Assembly (NCBI GenBank): GCA_965207885.1
Contig: OZ242311.1
Span: forward strand, 5,472,001 to 5,536,000
Length of the DNA stretch: 64,000 nucleotides
Source of the DNA: Candidatus Latescibacterota bacterium
GTDB lineage: Bacteria; Latescibacterota; UBA2968
Reading direction: 5' to 3'
Position 1 is the first letter of the stretch, and every line of letters begins with the position of its first letter. A model generated the notes under the pieces. That model had not been told where the DNA came from and ran no database searches. It saw nothing but the letters and a program-made list of their open reading frames with translations. Below are positions 48,641 through 58,681 of the stretch, piece after piece. The position numbers were made by a program, and so were the translations under genes.

Positions 48641-51382
48641 TCAATTGACAATCACAAACAGACCCTTCTGGATCTGCCCCAAACTCTCGGGATGGTGCGA
48701 TTCAATCGCCCAGATGTACGTACCGGCATTGAGACGACCGCGCGTATTGGCATTCAAACCCACCGTGTGCGTATCCCACTCGATCTCGCCGCGCGCCACA
48801 GGGCGCCCCCGCTGCGGATCGAGTGTATCAAAGGTATCACGCCAGGCCAGATCACCCGTTAGCGTGTAAATGTACAGCGTACACCTGCTCGGCACATTGA
48901 TCCACCGGATGCGAGGTGCCCCATAGCTGTGTTCATCCCTGCCCTGTACCCAGGGATTGGGCACCACCCTGATCGGCAGCGACATGGACTCATTTTCATG
49001 GTTGAGCAATGCAGAGGTCAAACGCGGCACAATGCCATTGGGGTGCCACCGATACTGATTGCGCTCATCCGAGTGTCCGGTTTCCAAACCCTGCTCATCA
49101 AACGCGCGCACAGAATAGTGGTAAATAAAACCGAGATCGGGTTCTGAATCAGTAAACCTGTAGGTGCCCCAGCGGAAAGGACCATCGATCTCAATACTGT
49201 GAGGTTCCTCCAGACCTTCTGCCCAGGGTTGATTGTCAAAAGAAGCACCCGGGGGTGCATCTGAGGGCAACTGGCGTTCGCCTTCGGAACCCACAGCCTT
49301 GGGAATCGTTGCCAGCAATTTCCACGGACCAACCCGCATAAAATCAGAGCGATAGATCCGATAACCCAGCACATCGGGACGACCCAGATCCGGATCGATC
49401 GCCGTATCGGCAACGCCCGACCAGTCCACTTCGATATGTCCATCCAGGTTCGTCAGCGCATTGACCTTCACATCGGGCGGCTGGTTAAGCCCGTCAAAGC
49501 CCAGATCATACAGCTTTTGCGCTTCATTGCCGTGTGCATAGATCGCTTCCAGACCCAATTCCAATTCGTTGACCTGGCCCTGCTGCTGCCAGTTCCACTC
49601 GTAGGGACGCGCATAATTCTCGGTATCCATGCGATATTTGGCTGAATTGGACCCCATCCCCGCCACATAGGCGATCACGACTTTGGCCTTGTCGCCGGGA
49701 CCCAGGGTATAGGGACCGTAAACCTGTGCATCGATCCACGCACCCAATTCCTCATTGTCGTGGTGCTGCACCATGCGGTCTGTATCATTTTCCCCGAGCA
49801 CACCGGCAGCATCGCTGTAGATGTCAAACAACTGATTCTCGCCGTGCGTACCCCCATGCGGATCATCGCCTAATGCCGAAGAATACATGCGCCACCTGAA
49901 CACGGTGTGGGGCTGTGGACCTTGCGGCTTCACATAACCGCCTTTTCGATCCAGTGCATTGTAGGGATGGTCAGACGTACCCGTTGCAATCGGCATCATC
50001 CCGATATACTGCGGAGAGAGCAATGTGCCATCTTTAATATTGGACGATGACACATACTGATGCTGTGCGCGGGATCGGGTATAAGGCTCCCCGTAGTCAT
50101 TCCACAGGCGGGCAACGGCATCGCCATCATATACATAAGTCAGATGCATCGGCGCGCCCTTGTAGTTGTAGGCATATTCCGGATGATCGTAATTATCCGC
50201 CTGTGTATAGCGCCAGTAGTCATCTTGCGTCGAGGGCTGAATGAGCCTCCACGCCGCCGAGTTTGAACCGCCAGCCGGCACCCACTCAGAACCGGTCTGG
50301 TTGGGGACAAATCCGTTCTTGACCACGATATAGACTTCGTCGAGTTGTTTGGGATATCCGGCATTTGCCTTGCCATCGCCATCTGTATCGCCATTATTCC
50401 AGAACTCGATCTCCGTGAGCAAAAAGTCATCGTAATCACCCGTGGTCATAATCGAAGACTGCTTGCCTTTGGGAGTTGGCACGGGGATCATTACGTCATT
50501 ATCCGTGCCTGGCGCGGAATACGCATGGATCATCCGCTTCACCGTAATGCCCGAAGCCTGTGCCCAGCCCGTCACCATTGTATTCTCACTGAACAACTCG
50601 GGAGATAAACGCGGATCATTGGGCTTGACGCCATTTGACCGCATCTGATTCAACCCGGCGCGCACCCTTTTGTAGGACGACACCAGCATCTCCTTAAACG
50701 CCTCTTTGTTCAGGGGATAAAACCCATAGCCCCAGTTGTAATAATCCATTGGCTCCACTTTGTCGGGACCAGGTGGAAAACGGTATTGTGCCAAACCACC
50801 AAACCCCGTAGCGGGACCATACTGGAATTCCACAGCCTCGCCATTCACAAAATGGGACTTGATCTTCATATTTCTCATGCGGGGCCAGTAACGTGCGGCA
50901 CTCTGTCCGTAATTGAACAAATTAAATGGTCCCCCGCGCCATACAGACCGCCAGATCGATGCAATGCCTTCGATATTATTGCGCGGATTGTGCTGGATCG
51001 GAAAAATATCTGCGGACGGCTGGCGGGGACCCCCCTGAGATACAAATTTGCGTCCATCGTCTGTGCGCGCCATCACCCACATGCCATTGCCCCGCGAATT
51101 GTCTGGCCGATTCACGCGGTTCACAAGGCCCGCCCGATAGGTCGAGGTCCACCGCCCGGGATAAGACATGCCCACTTCGACGCCAAAGGTGCTGCCACCA
51201 TCCAGCGAGTGCCCCAGTGTGCCATTGTTGCGCATCGACAACCAGAGTTTTCCGCGGTTGGTCGTGCGGCGGCGCGTGCGTTGCTGCGCTTCGGCATCGA
51301 TAATCATATACAATTCCGATGCACCCCAAAACACCACAAAGGCGAGCAACACCCGCGTAACACTTTTGAATATCCGTTGCAT
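48641..51382 (-). CDS. Large secreted protein with an FN3-like domain and a T9SS-type C-terminal sorting domain
   Basis: Signal peptide; GYRIYRS...YHYSVRAFD; IRVVPNPW...CTLYIYTLTGDL...WD...AGTYIW...GLFVIVN. Confidence 0.75.
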   Translation of the reverse strand: MQRIFKSVTRVLLAFVVFWGASELYMIIDAEAQQRTRRRTTNRGKLWLSMRNNGTLGHSLDGGSTFGVEVGMSYPGRWTSTYRAGLVNRVNRPDNSRGNGMWVMARTDDGRKFVSQGGPRQPSADIFPIQHNPRNNIEGIASIWRSVWRGGPFNLFNYGQSAARYWPRMRNMKIKSHFVNGEAVEFQYGPATGFGGLAQYRFPPGPDKVEPMDYYNWGYGFYPLNKEAFKEMLVSSYKRVRAGLNQMRSNGVKPNDPRLSPELFSENTMVTGWAQASGITVKRMIHAYSAPGTDNDVMIPVPTPKGKQSSIMTTGDYDDFLLTEIEFWNNGDTDGDGKANAGYPKQLDEVYIVVKNGFVPNQTGSEWVPAGGSNSAAWRLIQPSTQDDYWRYTQADNYDHPEYAYNYKGAPMHLTYVYDGDAVARLWNDYGEPYTRSRAQHQYVSSSNIKDGTLLSPQYIGMMPIATGTSDHPYNALDRKGGYVKPQGPQPHTVFRWRMYSSALGDDPHGGTHGENQLFDIYSDAAGVLGENDTDRMVQHHDNEELGAWIDAQVYGPYTLGPGDKAKVVIAYVAGMGSNSAKYRMDTENYARPYEWNWQQQGQVNELELGLEAIYAHGNEAQKLYDLGFDGLNQPPDVKVNALTNLDGHIEVDWSGVADTAIDPDLGRPDVLGYRIYRSDFMRVGPWKLLATIPKAVGSEGERQLPSDAPPGASFDNQPWAEGLEEPHSIEIDGPFRWGTYRFTDSEPDLGFIYHYSVRAFDEQGLETGHSDERNQYRWHPNGIVPRLTSALLNHENESMSLPIRVVPNPWVQGRDEHSYGAPRIRWINVPSRCTLYIYTLTGDLAWRDTFDTLDPQRGRPVARGEIEWDTHTVGLNANTRGRLNAGTYIWAIESHHPESLGQIQKGLFVIVN

Positions 51383-51402
51383 AAGCTAACTCCTTATTAA
51401 AT

Positions 51403-51443
51403 AGCGGTCAGCAATCGGCGTTTCCCGCTGACTGCTGACCGCT
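51403..51443. repeat. Heptamer-built intergenic hairpin without a U-tract
   Basis: AGCGGTCAGCAATCGGCG-TTTCC-CGCTGACTGCTGACCGCT. Confidence 0.65.
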
Positions 51444-51448
51444 GAGCT

Positions 51449-54400
51449 TTAGAATCTCGCTCTCAAACCAAAGTGAAACTCGCGAGGTGAATCCTGCTGG
51501 CGCAGATAATCACCCACATCGCCATAAGTGATATATTCGGGATTGTCCGGCAATGGCGTGTAAATCACACCCCATTCCACGTATTCAGCCCCCACTTCCA
51601 CCAGCTGATTATCCACGCGATAGCTGATGTGCGGGTCTTTCTGATTGAACAGATTAAAGGCTTCGAAGAAAGCCGTCACGCTCGCGCGCCTGTTAAATCT
51701 AAATGTCTTCTCAAAATTGATATCTGTGCGCGTGTGAATCGGGCCATTGTAGAACCCTTCGCCGCCTCTTCCCGGCGGTGAATAGAAAAACCTGCGCCCC
51801 GTGAACAGGCGATACACCGCATTCAGACGCAGATTTTCAAACGGATGGAAACCCACAAACCGCGGACCAAATTTTCCGGGCGACGAAAACATAAAGGTCA
51901 CCGTGCCGAAATTGGTTCGGTTCAAATTGGCGGGCCGAAACTCCTGAGACTGGTTGTTGCGCTGTAACCAGGTTGCGGCACCTTTGCCGTCCCAGTTGAT
52001 CAGGCTGTTTTCTTCATCCAGCGACCAGTTATTCACTCCTGTCCCCATTTCGAGTAGCTCAACCCGGTTGATCGCCTGGTTGCCAAAAGCCCGTGCCCGC
52101 TCAAAGCGCGTAATACCATCCATGGCTCGCGGGAACTCTTCGCCCGTATCGCTGCCATTGACGATACCGAGACCGGCAACACCATCGCCAACAAAATCGC
52201 CATCGCCATTGGAATCGTGTGTCCACTCATACCAGTAATGCGTCAAAAAGTTGCCATCGTTGTCGATATAGCCGGCATAATTGCCAAAGTTCGACGGATT
52301 CTTGGTCGCCAGTCTGTCTGGAGAAATATAGTGACTGCCGCGAACGCCCGAGTTGCCATTTTCGACCCACTGCACATTGTAGGCAATCGTGAACGCCGTC
52401 ATGTAGTTGAATTTCTTTTTGACCGACAACTCAAAGCCGCGCGTGTCCCGGTTATTCGTCTGACCCGATGCCCGCACGGTTCGGTTGTGCTGCAAACCCT
52501 GCTCCTGAATCCCGTAACCACCACCGCTGCGGCGGAAGACCTGTTGCTTGTAATACGCCGTCAAACCCGCCGTGTAATCCGTGATGAAGTTCCAGTCTGC
52601 ACCCACTTCAAAACTCGTGGTCACCAGCGGCTTGATCTTCGGCCAACCCCACTGCCCCGCATCCACAACATCCAGTGAGTTGTTTACCTCAGACGGGTCA
52701 ATCCGACCATTCTGGTTCAAATCCAGAAACTCCTCTTCGGTGCGGTAACTGTGAGAGAAGATCCACCAGAACTGCTCGATCTGTTCAAACTTGCCAAAGG
52801 TGAAGTGCATCGCACTGCTCTCCGTAATCGGATGGGATACACCCACGCGCGGCGAAAAGACCTGGATTGCTTGCGGGCGATAGGTCGGAATATTCTCGAC
52901 CTTTGTCGGATCGTGATATCTGTAAAACGGAATAAAATGTTCTGCCTGCGGCATCTCGGTATTCGGGCTCCAGCGCAAGCCGCGCAAGCCCACGTTCACC
53001 ACAATTCCTTCAAACTCCATTTTGTCCTGGAAATACACGGCATACTGGCGCGGCACTATGCCGACCTCGGGATTGTTAAACTGGCTGTAATACTGCTCAA
53101 CCAGGCCCCTGAAGTCGTTTTTGTTGCGAGAGAAACCCCAGTTGTCGTAGAACAAAAAGTCAATACCCGCTTTGATGAAGTGTCCCTTGGTCACCTGGCT
53201 CGAATAATCGACCTTGAGCTGATAGCGGTCGCGCTTTGAATTTGTCCAGTTCACCACCGGGCGGCCAACGTAATACCAGCCAGAGTCATTGCCAATGCCC
53301 GGCTCGACATAAGGCTGGTCTGTATTGAATGGCACTTCCGTATTCACTTCAGATGTGCGTGAATACGAGAACCGAATTTCGTAAAAGGTGCGCGCCGACA
53401 GCGTATGCGTCAAAGACGCGTAATTTAGAAAATCGCGCGTGCGCCGCTTGCCAGCCCCCGAGTATTCGGAAGGCACAAAGAGATTGCGACCGGAAGAGTT
53501 CATATTCTTGCGCGCACCCTGTTCAATGCGCCGAATAACGCCCGCATTGTACCGAGAACGCTGATTGAACAGAGAACCGTAGTTAAATTTGACGTTATTA
53601 CCCGGGCGATACGTCAGCTTGAAGTTCGTGCGGTTGTTGGGCAATGATACCGCCGTGGGTGCGGGAAAAGCCGACGGATTGCGATTTGCCGAAGACGTCA
53701 CCGTGAAGCCAATTCTTCTCATAATCGGACCGCCCAGCATTGCTTCGGCGCGGCCACCCCACACACCCGTGTAATCCTGACGCTCGTGAACCTTGCGCTG
53801 AACATCGTCGGCGGCAAACTGAGGATCCCTTATCTCTCCCGTCTGATTGTCGTGCCCCAATATCCCATCGGGACCGGGATACCACGCCTGCAAGTTTTCC
53901 CACTCGGGATTGCCCCACTGCATCCTGCCGCGATGCACGGGTGCTTCATACACATTTGCCCCCCAGTGCTTTTGTCCAGGCGGCGTAATGCGATATTCGC
54001 CCCTGCCCGTGTACCTCTGACCACCTTCTTTGGTCACCACGGAGACGACAGAACCCGCATTGCCATACTCCGCATTCATCCCACCAGTCAACACCGTCAG
54101 TTCCTGCACGGCACTCGTGTTCACGCCCTGAAAACGCGTAAATCCGGCGCGCGCATCGTTGTTCACCACGCGCACCCCATCGACCATATACGCCGTCTCC
54201 CAGAAGTTACCACCGCGAACACTCTCCGCCTCGTCGGGGGTCACGCCCGCCTGCAACTCCACAAAATCCGACATCTCGCGCACAATTGGCAAAGACTCGA
54301 TTTCTTCTGCCGTAATGACTGCTTTGCTCTCCGTTTTGTCGTGCTCCACTGGCGGACGCTCTGCAACGACGATCATCTCGTCCAATTCGAGCGTTTCCTC

Positions 54401-54724
54401 CCGCATCTGGAAGTTCACCGTCGTGGTATGGTCAACATTGACCACCACACCCTGGCGAATAGATTTTGTGTACCCCATCATCACCGTTTCAATATCATAG
54501 GTTCCCGGAGGAATATTGATGATGAAGTATTCGCCCTCCCCATCGGTGATCCCGGCGCGTTTCACGCCATCGATATCGATCACCACATTGGCACCGGGCA
54601 ACGGATCACCTGTAGCCTCAGTGACCCGCCCACTGATTTTACCCGTTGTGGCCGCTTCTGCCAATCCGGTACTGATCGCCAGCGCGACCAGCAGACCCAG
54701 ACAACACAATAATCGCTTACTCAT
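51449..54724 (-). CDS. TonB-dependent receptor (non-SusC type)
   Basis: TTGKISGRV N-domain, VRGG...YMVDG, TGGMNAEYG, YFQDKMEF, SPRVGVSHPI; terminal Phe; start ATG 54724. Confidence 0.9.
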   Translation of the reverse strand: MSKRLLCCLGLLVALAISTGLAEAATTGKISGRVTEATGDPLPGANVVIDIDGVKRAGITDGEGEYFIINIPPGTYDIETVMMGYTKSIRQGVVVNVDHTTTVNFQMREETLELDEMIVVAERPPVEHDKTESKAVITAEEIESLPIVREMSDFVELQAGVTPDEAESVRGGNFWETAYMVDGVRVVNNDARAGFTRFQGVNTSAVQELTVLTGGMNAEYGNAGSVVSVVTKEGGQRYTGRGEYRITPPGQKHWGANVYEAPVHRGRMQWGNPEWENLQAWYPGPDGILGHDNQTGEIRDPQFAADDVQRKVHERQDYTGVWGGRAEAMLGGPIMRRIGFTVTSSANRNPSAFPAPTAVSLPNNRTNFKLTYRPGNNVKFNYGSLFNQRSRYNAGVIRRIEQGARKNMNSSGRNLFVPSEYSGAGKRRTRDFLNYASLTHTLSARTFYEIRFSYSRTSEVNTEVPFNTDQPYVEPGIGNDSGWYYVGRPVVNWTNSKRDRYQLKVDYSSQVTKGHFIKAGIDFLFYDNWGFSRNKNDFRGLVEQYYSQFNNPEVGIVPRQYAVYFQDKMEFEGIVVNVGLRGLRWSPNTEMPQAEHFIPFYRYHDPTKVENIPTYRPQAIQVFSPRVGVSHPITESSAMHFTFGKFEQIEQFWWIFSHSYRTEEEFLDLNQNGRIDPSEVNNSLDVVDAGQWGWPKIKPLVTTSFEVGADWNFITDYTAGLTAYYKQQVFRRSGGGYGIQEQGLQHNRTVRASGQTNNRDTRGFELSVKKKFNYMTAFTIAYNVQWVENGNSGVRGSHYISPDRLATKNPSNFGNYAGYIDNDGNFLTHYWYEWTHDSNGDGDFVGDGVAGLGIVNGSDTGEEFPRAMDGITRFERARAFGNQAINRVELLEMGTGVNNWSLDEENSLINWDGKGAATWLQRNNQSQEFRPANLNRTNFGTVTFMFSSPGKFGPRFVGFHPFENLRLNAVYRLFTGRRFFYSPPGRGGEGFYNGPIHTRTDINFEKTFRFNRRASVTAFFEAFNLFNQKDPHISYRVDNQLVEVGAEYVEWGVIYTPLPDNPEYITYGDVGDYLRQQDSPREFHFGLRARF

Positions 54725-54803
54725 GTACGACCCTCCATAAAAAATGGTGAGTGGGATCATCCAGTTCTCCACGCCCTCCCGTGTGAAAAACTGAATCTCT
54801 GTT

Positions 54804-55619
54804 TTACTCGAAATAATATTTAAAACTCACGCCAGCATCCACCGTACCTATCGGAAACGCCTTATTCATTCCCCAGGCAGTCAATGGATTGACCTCGCCA
54901 AAAACGAGATTGTAGCGCACGCGAAAATCAAGCCCATACGAAGACCCCAGCGATCCCTCAAAACCCGCACTCACGGGAATCGTCCACGCTGTGCGCGTAT
55001 CCTCTGTGGGTTCCTTCCCATACAATAACACCTGGCCATTGACAATCAGACCAATGCTTTTCTTTTGCGCTTCGGTCATAGCCGAAGCATCTAAGTCCGG
55101 ACTGCCGGGATACACCAGCAGAACTCGCACGCCGCCGCGATCCACCTCTTCTGGAATATTGGGATTGGTTGGGATAATCAAGCCGTGCTTCACCCTGTGG
55201 CTATAATCGTAAAACCCAAGGCCCAAACCCAGATAAGGCGACCACTTCCGGTCGGACATTGTCTCGGCATTTTCCCTGAAGAACCACAGCCAGTTTGAGG
55301 CCACGCTATTCCAGGTCATCTCCGAATCCGCATCGGGACTTGGAACTTGACGACCTCTATATTCAAACGTGCGCCCGGGAAGATTTGAATTTCGGAACTT
55401 CGAGTAGTGATACTCCACCTCTGTGGTCAAACGCGGAGAAACCACATAACTCACATTCAAACCGTACTTCAAATCACCAGCGTACCAACCGCTCAAAGAA
55501 GCCGTCGGCTGGTGATAGCTCAGCAATCCGCCAATAGCCCACAGGTCTGCATCGCGGGCATCAACGGAAGATACAGCAAATAAGAAAACCCCGGCATACA
55601 AAGCTAAAAATCTTTTCAA
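54804..55619 (-). CDS. Small outer-membrane beta-barrel protein
   Basis: TTG start with AGGAGG SD; signal peptide; SPYLGLGLG; C-terminal VSFKYYFE. Confidence 0.7.
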   Translation of the reverse strand: MKRFLALYAGVFLFAVSSVDARDADLWAIGGLLSYHQPTASLSGWYAGDLKYGLNVSYVVSPRLTTEVEYHYSKFRNSNLPGRTFEYRGRQVPSPDADSEMTWNSVASNWLWFFRENAETMSDRKWSPYLGLGLGFYDYSHRVKHGLIIPTNPNIPEEVDRGGVRVLLVYPGSPDLDASAMTEAQKKSIGLIVNGQVLLYGKEPTEDTRTAWTIPVSAGFEGSLGSSYGLDFRVRYNLVFGEVNPLTAWGMNKAFPIGTVDAGVSFKYYFE

Positions 55620-56010
55620 AAGTGCCTCCTTTGGTTTGGGGTGAGCAAAAAGAGAGGATAGTATAATGCCGAATAATCGGCAAGACAAGCGTTTTTTAAA
55701 GCACATGGCAAGCCCAATCAGGCTTCCGGAAAAGCATCCAAAACCGTGTTGAAAATCGAGAATCTTTTTGAGTTTTTTGTACGGAATTACATATATTTCA
55801 TTTTAAAACAATAATTTATGGAAATTACGAATTCCAAAAACTTATGAAATATAACACGAAAAATAAGAATTTCTAAAACATCATATTAAGGCGTAAGCAA
55901 ATAGAAATAAAAGAGTTAAAACAACCTTGTCAACGAAAAGTTTGTTAAAAATTGTAACAGGCCAGTCGTTTGGATTCATAGAACTCACTGGTCTTGAAAA
56001 AAATGACAAC

Positions 56011-56052
56011 CAAAACCTTCTGGATCGCGGCTCAAAAGCATGCCGCGATGAC
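56011..56052 (-). repeat. REP-like palindrome, near-identical to 59464..59505
   Basis: 40 of 42 nt identical by eye; the two differences lie in the loop. Confidence 0.85.
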
Positions 56053-56058
56053 GGACAC

Positions 56059-56082
56059 GGGCGAGGCATGCCTCGCCCCTAC
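56059..56082 (-). repeat. GTAG-type REP palindrome
   Basis: Minus strand reads GTAGGGGCGAGGCATGCCTCGCCC. Confidence 0.8.
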
Positions 56083-56095
56083 ATTGATGGTAAGA

Positions 56096-57091
56096 TTAAC
56101 GCATTTTCAAAATCCGGTTGATCTCTGCTCCACTCATTTTCCTTTCAAAACGCGGACCGTATTTGGCGACAACGCGCGAGGAAACATAGGTTGCGAGCCT
56201 CGCAGCCTGAGCCGCATCGTAACCCCGGGTCACAGCAAACAAATACGCCCCGGCAAACGAGTCGCCCGCGCCATTGGTATCCACAGCATTGACCTCAAAA
56301 CCCGGCGCATGCAACACATCGCCACCGTCGCAAACCCGGGCGCCATCAGCACCATACGTCAGAGCCAAACCGCCCACGCGTTGTCGCAACGCGTCAAAAG
56401 CCTCATCCGTTGTCTCGGCACCCGTGAATATCATGCCCTCATCCTCATTGCAAAACAGCATATCCACGCCCGCATCGACCAATGCCGTCATCCTATCCTT
56501 AAAAGCGGCCACAATAGACGGATCGCTCAGGGTGAGCGCGACCTTTGTACCGCGCTCCTGCGCTATCTTTTGCGCTGCCTGTGCCGCTTCAAAGCCATCG
56601 TCTGCCGCAATTAGATAACCCTCGATATAAATAAATTGGCTATCGGCAATCACACCACCCTCAACCTGCGCCACACCAAACGTACTCGTAATCCCCAAAA
56701 ATGTATTCATCGTGCGATCTGCATCCTCCGTAATCATCACCAGACACTTGCCCGTAACCCCTTCCCCGCGATGTGAAGGATTACACGCCACCCCCGCGGT
56801 ATTGAGATCGCGAAGATAAAACGCGCCATCTGCATCCTCAGCCACCTTACATCCGTAATAGCCCCTCCCACCACAATTGGCCAGCGCGATCATCGTATTG
56901 GCTGCCGAACCGCCCGACGAACGCGCCATCTCCTTCCCGCCCAAAGCATTGATCAACGCGCGCTGGCGATCTCCGTCAATCAGCGTCATCACACCCTTGT
57001 CAATCTCCATCGCCTCAAAAAATGACGGATCAACCCGAAACTGGATATCCACCAGCGCATTGCCCAGCCCATATACATCGTATTGACGCAT
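56096..57091 (-). CDS. PfkB-family (adenosine-like) kinase
   Basis: GNALVD, SGGSAANT, DRTM, NEDE and DTNGAGD motifs. Confidence 0.88.
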   Translation of the reverse strand: MRQYDVYGLGNALVDIQFRVDPSFFEAMEIDKGVMTLIDGDRQRALINALGGKEMARSSGGSAANTMIALANCGGRGYYGCKVAEDADGAFYLRDLNTAGVACNPSHRGEGVTGKCLVMITEDADRTMNTFLGITSTFGVAQVEGGVIADSQFIYIEGYLIAADDGFEAAQAAQKIAQERGTKVALTLSDPSIVAAFKDRMTALVDAGVDMLFCNEDEGMIFTGAETTDEAFDALRQRVGGLALTYGADGARVCDGGDVLHAPGFEVNAVDTNGAGDSFAGAYLFAVTRGYDAAQAARLATYVSSRVVAKYGPRFERKMSGAEINRILKMR

Positions 57092-57190
57092 GACTTCTCC
57101 TCTCTCAATGTAATACCCACCTCAATCAAAAATTAAAATTAAAAACTGATATTACGCAATACTCAAGTACAGAGCGGCACAATTCACATT

Positions 57191-58498
57191 CTACGGATGC
57201 AACCTGTTGGGGGTGCGGGACAAAAAAGTCGTCTCGCGCACAGAGGGCAACCCGAGCATAACCATAAGCAAACGCGACAGACCAAAACCAAATCCCCCGT
57301 GTGGCGGACATCCATACTTAAAAAAATCGAGATAAAACTGGATAACCTCTAAATCCAGCCCTTTCTCTCTCGCTTGTGCCCTCAGAAAATCGGGACGGTG
57401 CTCACGCTGCGCGCCCGTGGTAATTTCCACACCGCGATAGAGCAGATCAAAGCTCCTGGTCAACGCAGGCTGTTCTGGGTGAAGCATGTGGTAAAATGGC
57501 CGCACAGATACCGGGTAGTCTATCACAAAGACATAATCGCAACCCCGGGTTTTGCGGATATATTCACCGAGCAGACGCTCGCCCTTTGGATCGAGGTCGC
57601 CTTCTCGATCTGGCGCGTGACCCTGTTCGTACAACACCGCCAATGCCTCGGCCATCGCGATCCGCGGAAAAGGCAGTACTGGCACCATGAGTTCAACATC
57701 GTAATTTTCCGCAATAGCGTCACCGTGTCTTTCGCTTACTGTGTAAATGACATGTTGCAGCCATGCTTCTTCAAATGCCATCACATCCTCGTGACTATCA
57801 ATCCATGCGATCTCAACATCCACACTGGTAAACTCCGTCGTATGGCGTGAAGTAAATGAAGGATCAGCGCGAAAAACGGGCGCAATCTCAAACACGCGAT
57901 CAAAACCAGACGCCATCGCCATCTGTTTGTAAAACTGAGGCGATTGCGCCAGATAAGCTGTGGAATTGAAATACGGCAACGCAAACAACTCCGCTCCCGA
58001 TTCACTGGCTGTACCCATCAGTTTGGGAGAATGTATCTCGATAAAATGATTCTGCATCCAGTACTCGCGCATCGCCCATTCAACAGTAGTTTGTATCTCA
58101 AAAATCAACCGATTGCGCGGAACGCGAAGATCGAGATGCCGCCAATCCAGCCGATGGTCAATACCCGATGCACTTTCGGAAAACGGATCCAAAGGCAACG
58201 GCGCTTCAGCTACATTGACAACACTCAGTTCCTCAAGCTGAATTTCAACACCACCCAGACGAACACCTATATTTTCGACAACACGTCCGCTTATAGTTAC
58301 CGCCGATTCTCGCGTAAGAGCAGAAACCCGCTCTGCCAACGCCCCTGTCTTTTCATGCACGACCTGTACACTTCCCGTGCGATTTCTCAAAATGAGAAAC
58401 TGGACATACTTCTGGTCGCGCAGGGTATGCACCCATCCGTGAAGGGTAACGGTTTGGCCGATATATTTGGAAAGTTCAGATATTGCGATGTATTTCAT
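57191..58498 (-). CDS. aspS: Archaeal-type aspartate-tRNA ligase, probably non-discriminating (Asp/Asn)
   Basis: About 435 aa with no GAD insertion; GWVH, YLAQSPQFYKQ, RHTTEF, GAQREH and PPHGGFGFG motifs; start ATG 58498 with AAGGAG SD. Confidence 0.9.
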   Translation of the reverse strand: MKYIAISELSKYIGQTVTLHGWVHTLRDQKYVQFLILRNRTGSVQVVHEKTGALAERVSALTRESAVTISGRVVENIGVRLGGVEIQLEELSVVNVAEAPLPLDPFSESASGIDHRLDWRHLDLRVPRNRLIFEIQTTVEWAMREYWMQNHFIEIHSPKLMGTASESGAELFALPYFNSTAYLAQSPQFYKQMAMASGFDRVFEIAPVFRADPSFTSRHTTEFTSVDVEIAWIDSHEDVMAFEEAWLQHVIYTVSERHGDAIAENYDVELMVPVLPFPRIAMAEALAVLYEQGHAPDREGDLDPKGERLLGEYIRKTRGCDYVFVIDYPVSVRPFYHMLHPEQPALTRSFDLLYRGVEITTGAQREHRPDFLRAQAREKGLDLEVIQFYLDFFKYGCPPHGGFGFGLSRLLMVMLGLPSVRETTFLSRTPNRLHP

Positions 58499-58525
58499 GA
58501 TAGACTCCTTTTGGTTTTCAGGCAC

Positions 58526-58561
58526 AAAAAAAGCCCGTTGTCGTATTTTTCGACAACGGGC
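58526..58561 (-). terminator. Intrinsic terminator (attenuator) in the aspS leader
   Basis: GCCCGUUGUCG-AAAAAUA-CGACAACGGGC-U7; perfect 11-bp stem; U-tract ends 27 nt before the aspS ATG. Confidence 0.9.
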
Positions 58562-58591
58562 ACTTTACTCTACATGCTGGCACAAGACGAC

Positions 58592-58681
58592 CTATGCCGG
58601 TCCAGCCCGTCGCCGGATCGGATTATTATCGTCATTATTATTGCCAGAGAATTGAGCGATTTGGAAATAGTGTATATGCAT
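58592..58681 (-). CDS. Putative Asn/Asp-rich attenuator leader peptide, 29 aa
   Basis: MHIHYFQIAQFSGNNNDDNNPIRRRAGPA*; codons AAT AAT AAT GAC GAT AAT AAT at 58642..58622. Confidence 0.85.
   Translation of the reverse strand: MHIHYFQIAQFSGNNNDDNNPIRRRAGPA

Noticed and set aside
55620-56010. ncRNA or small gene in the AT-rich gap
   Set aside because: No convincing SD-led ORF or stable structure; it is best read as the promoter region of the TonB receptor operon.
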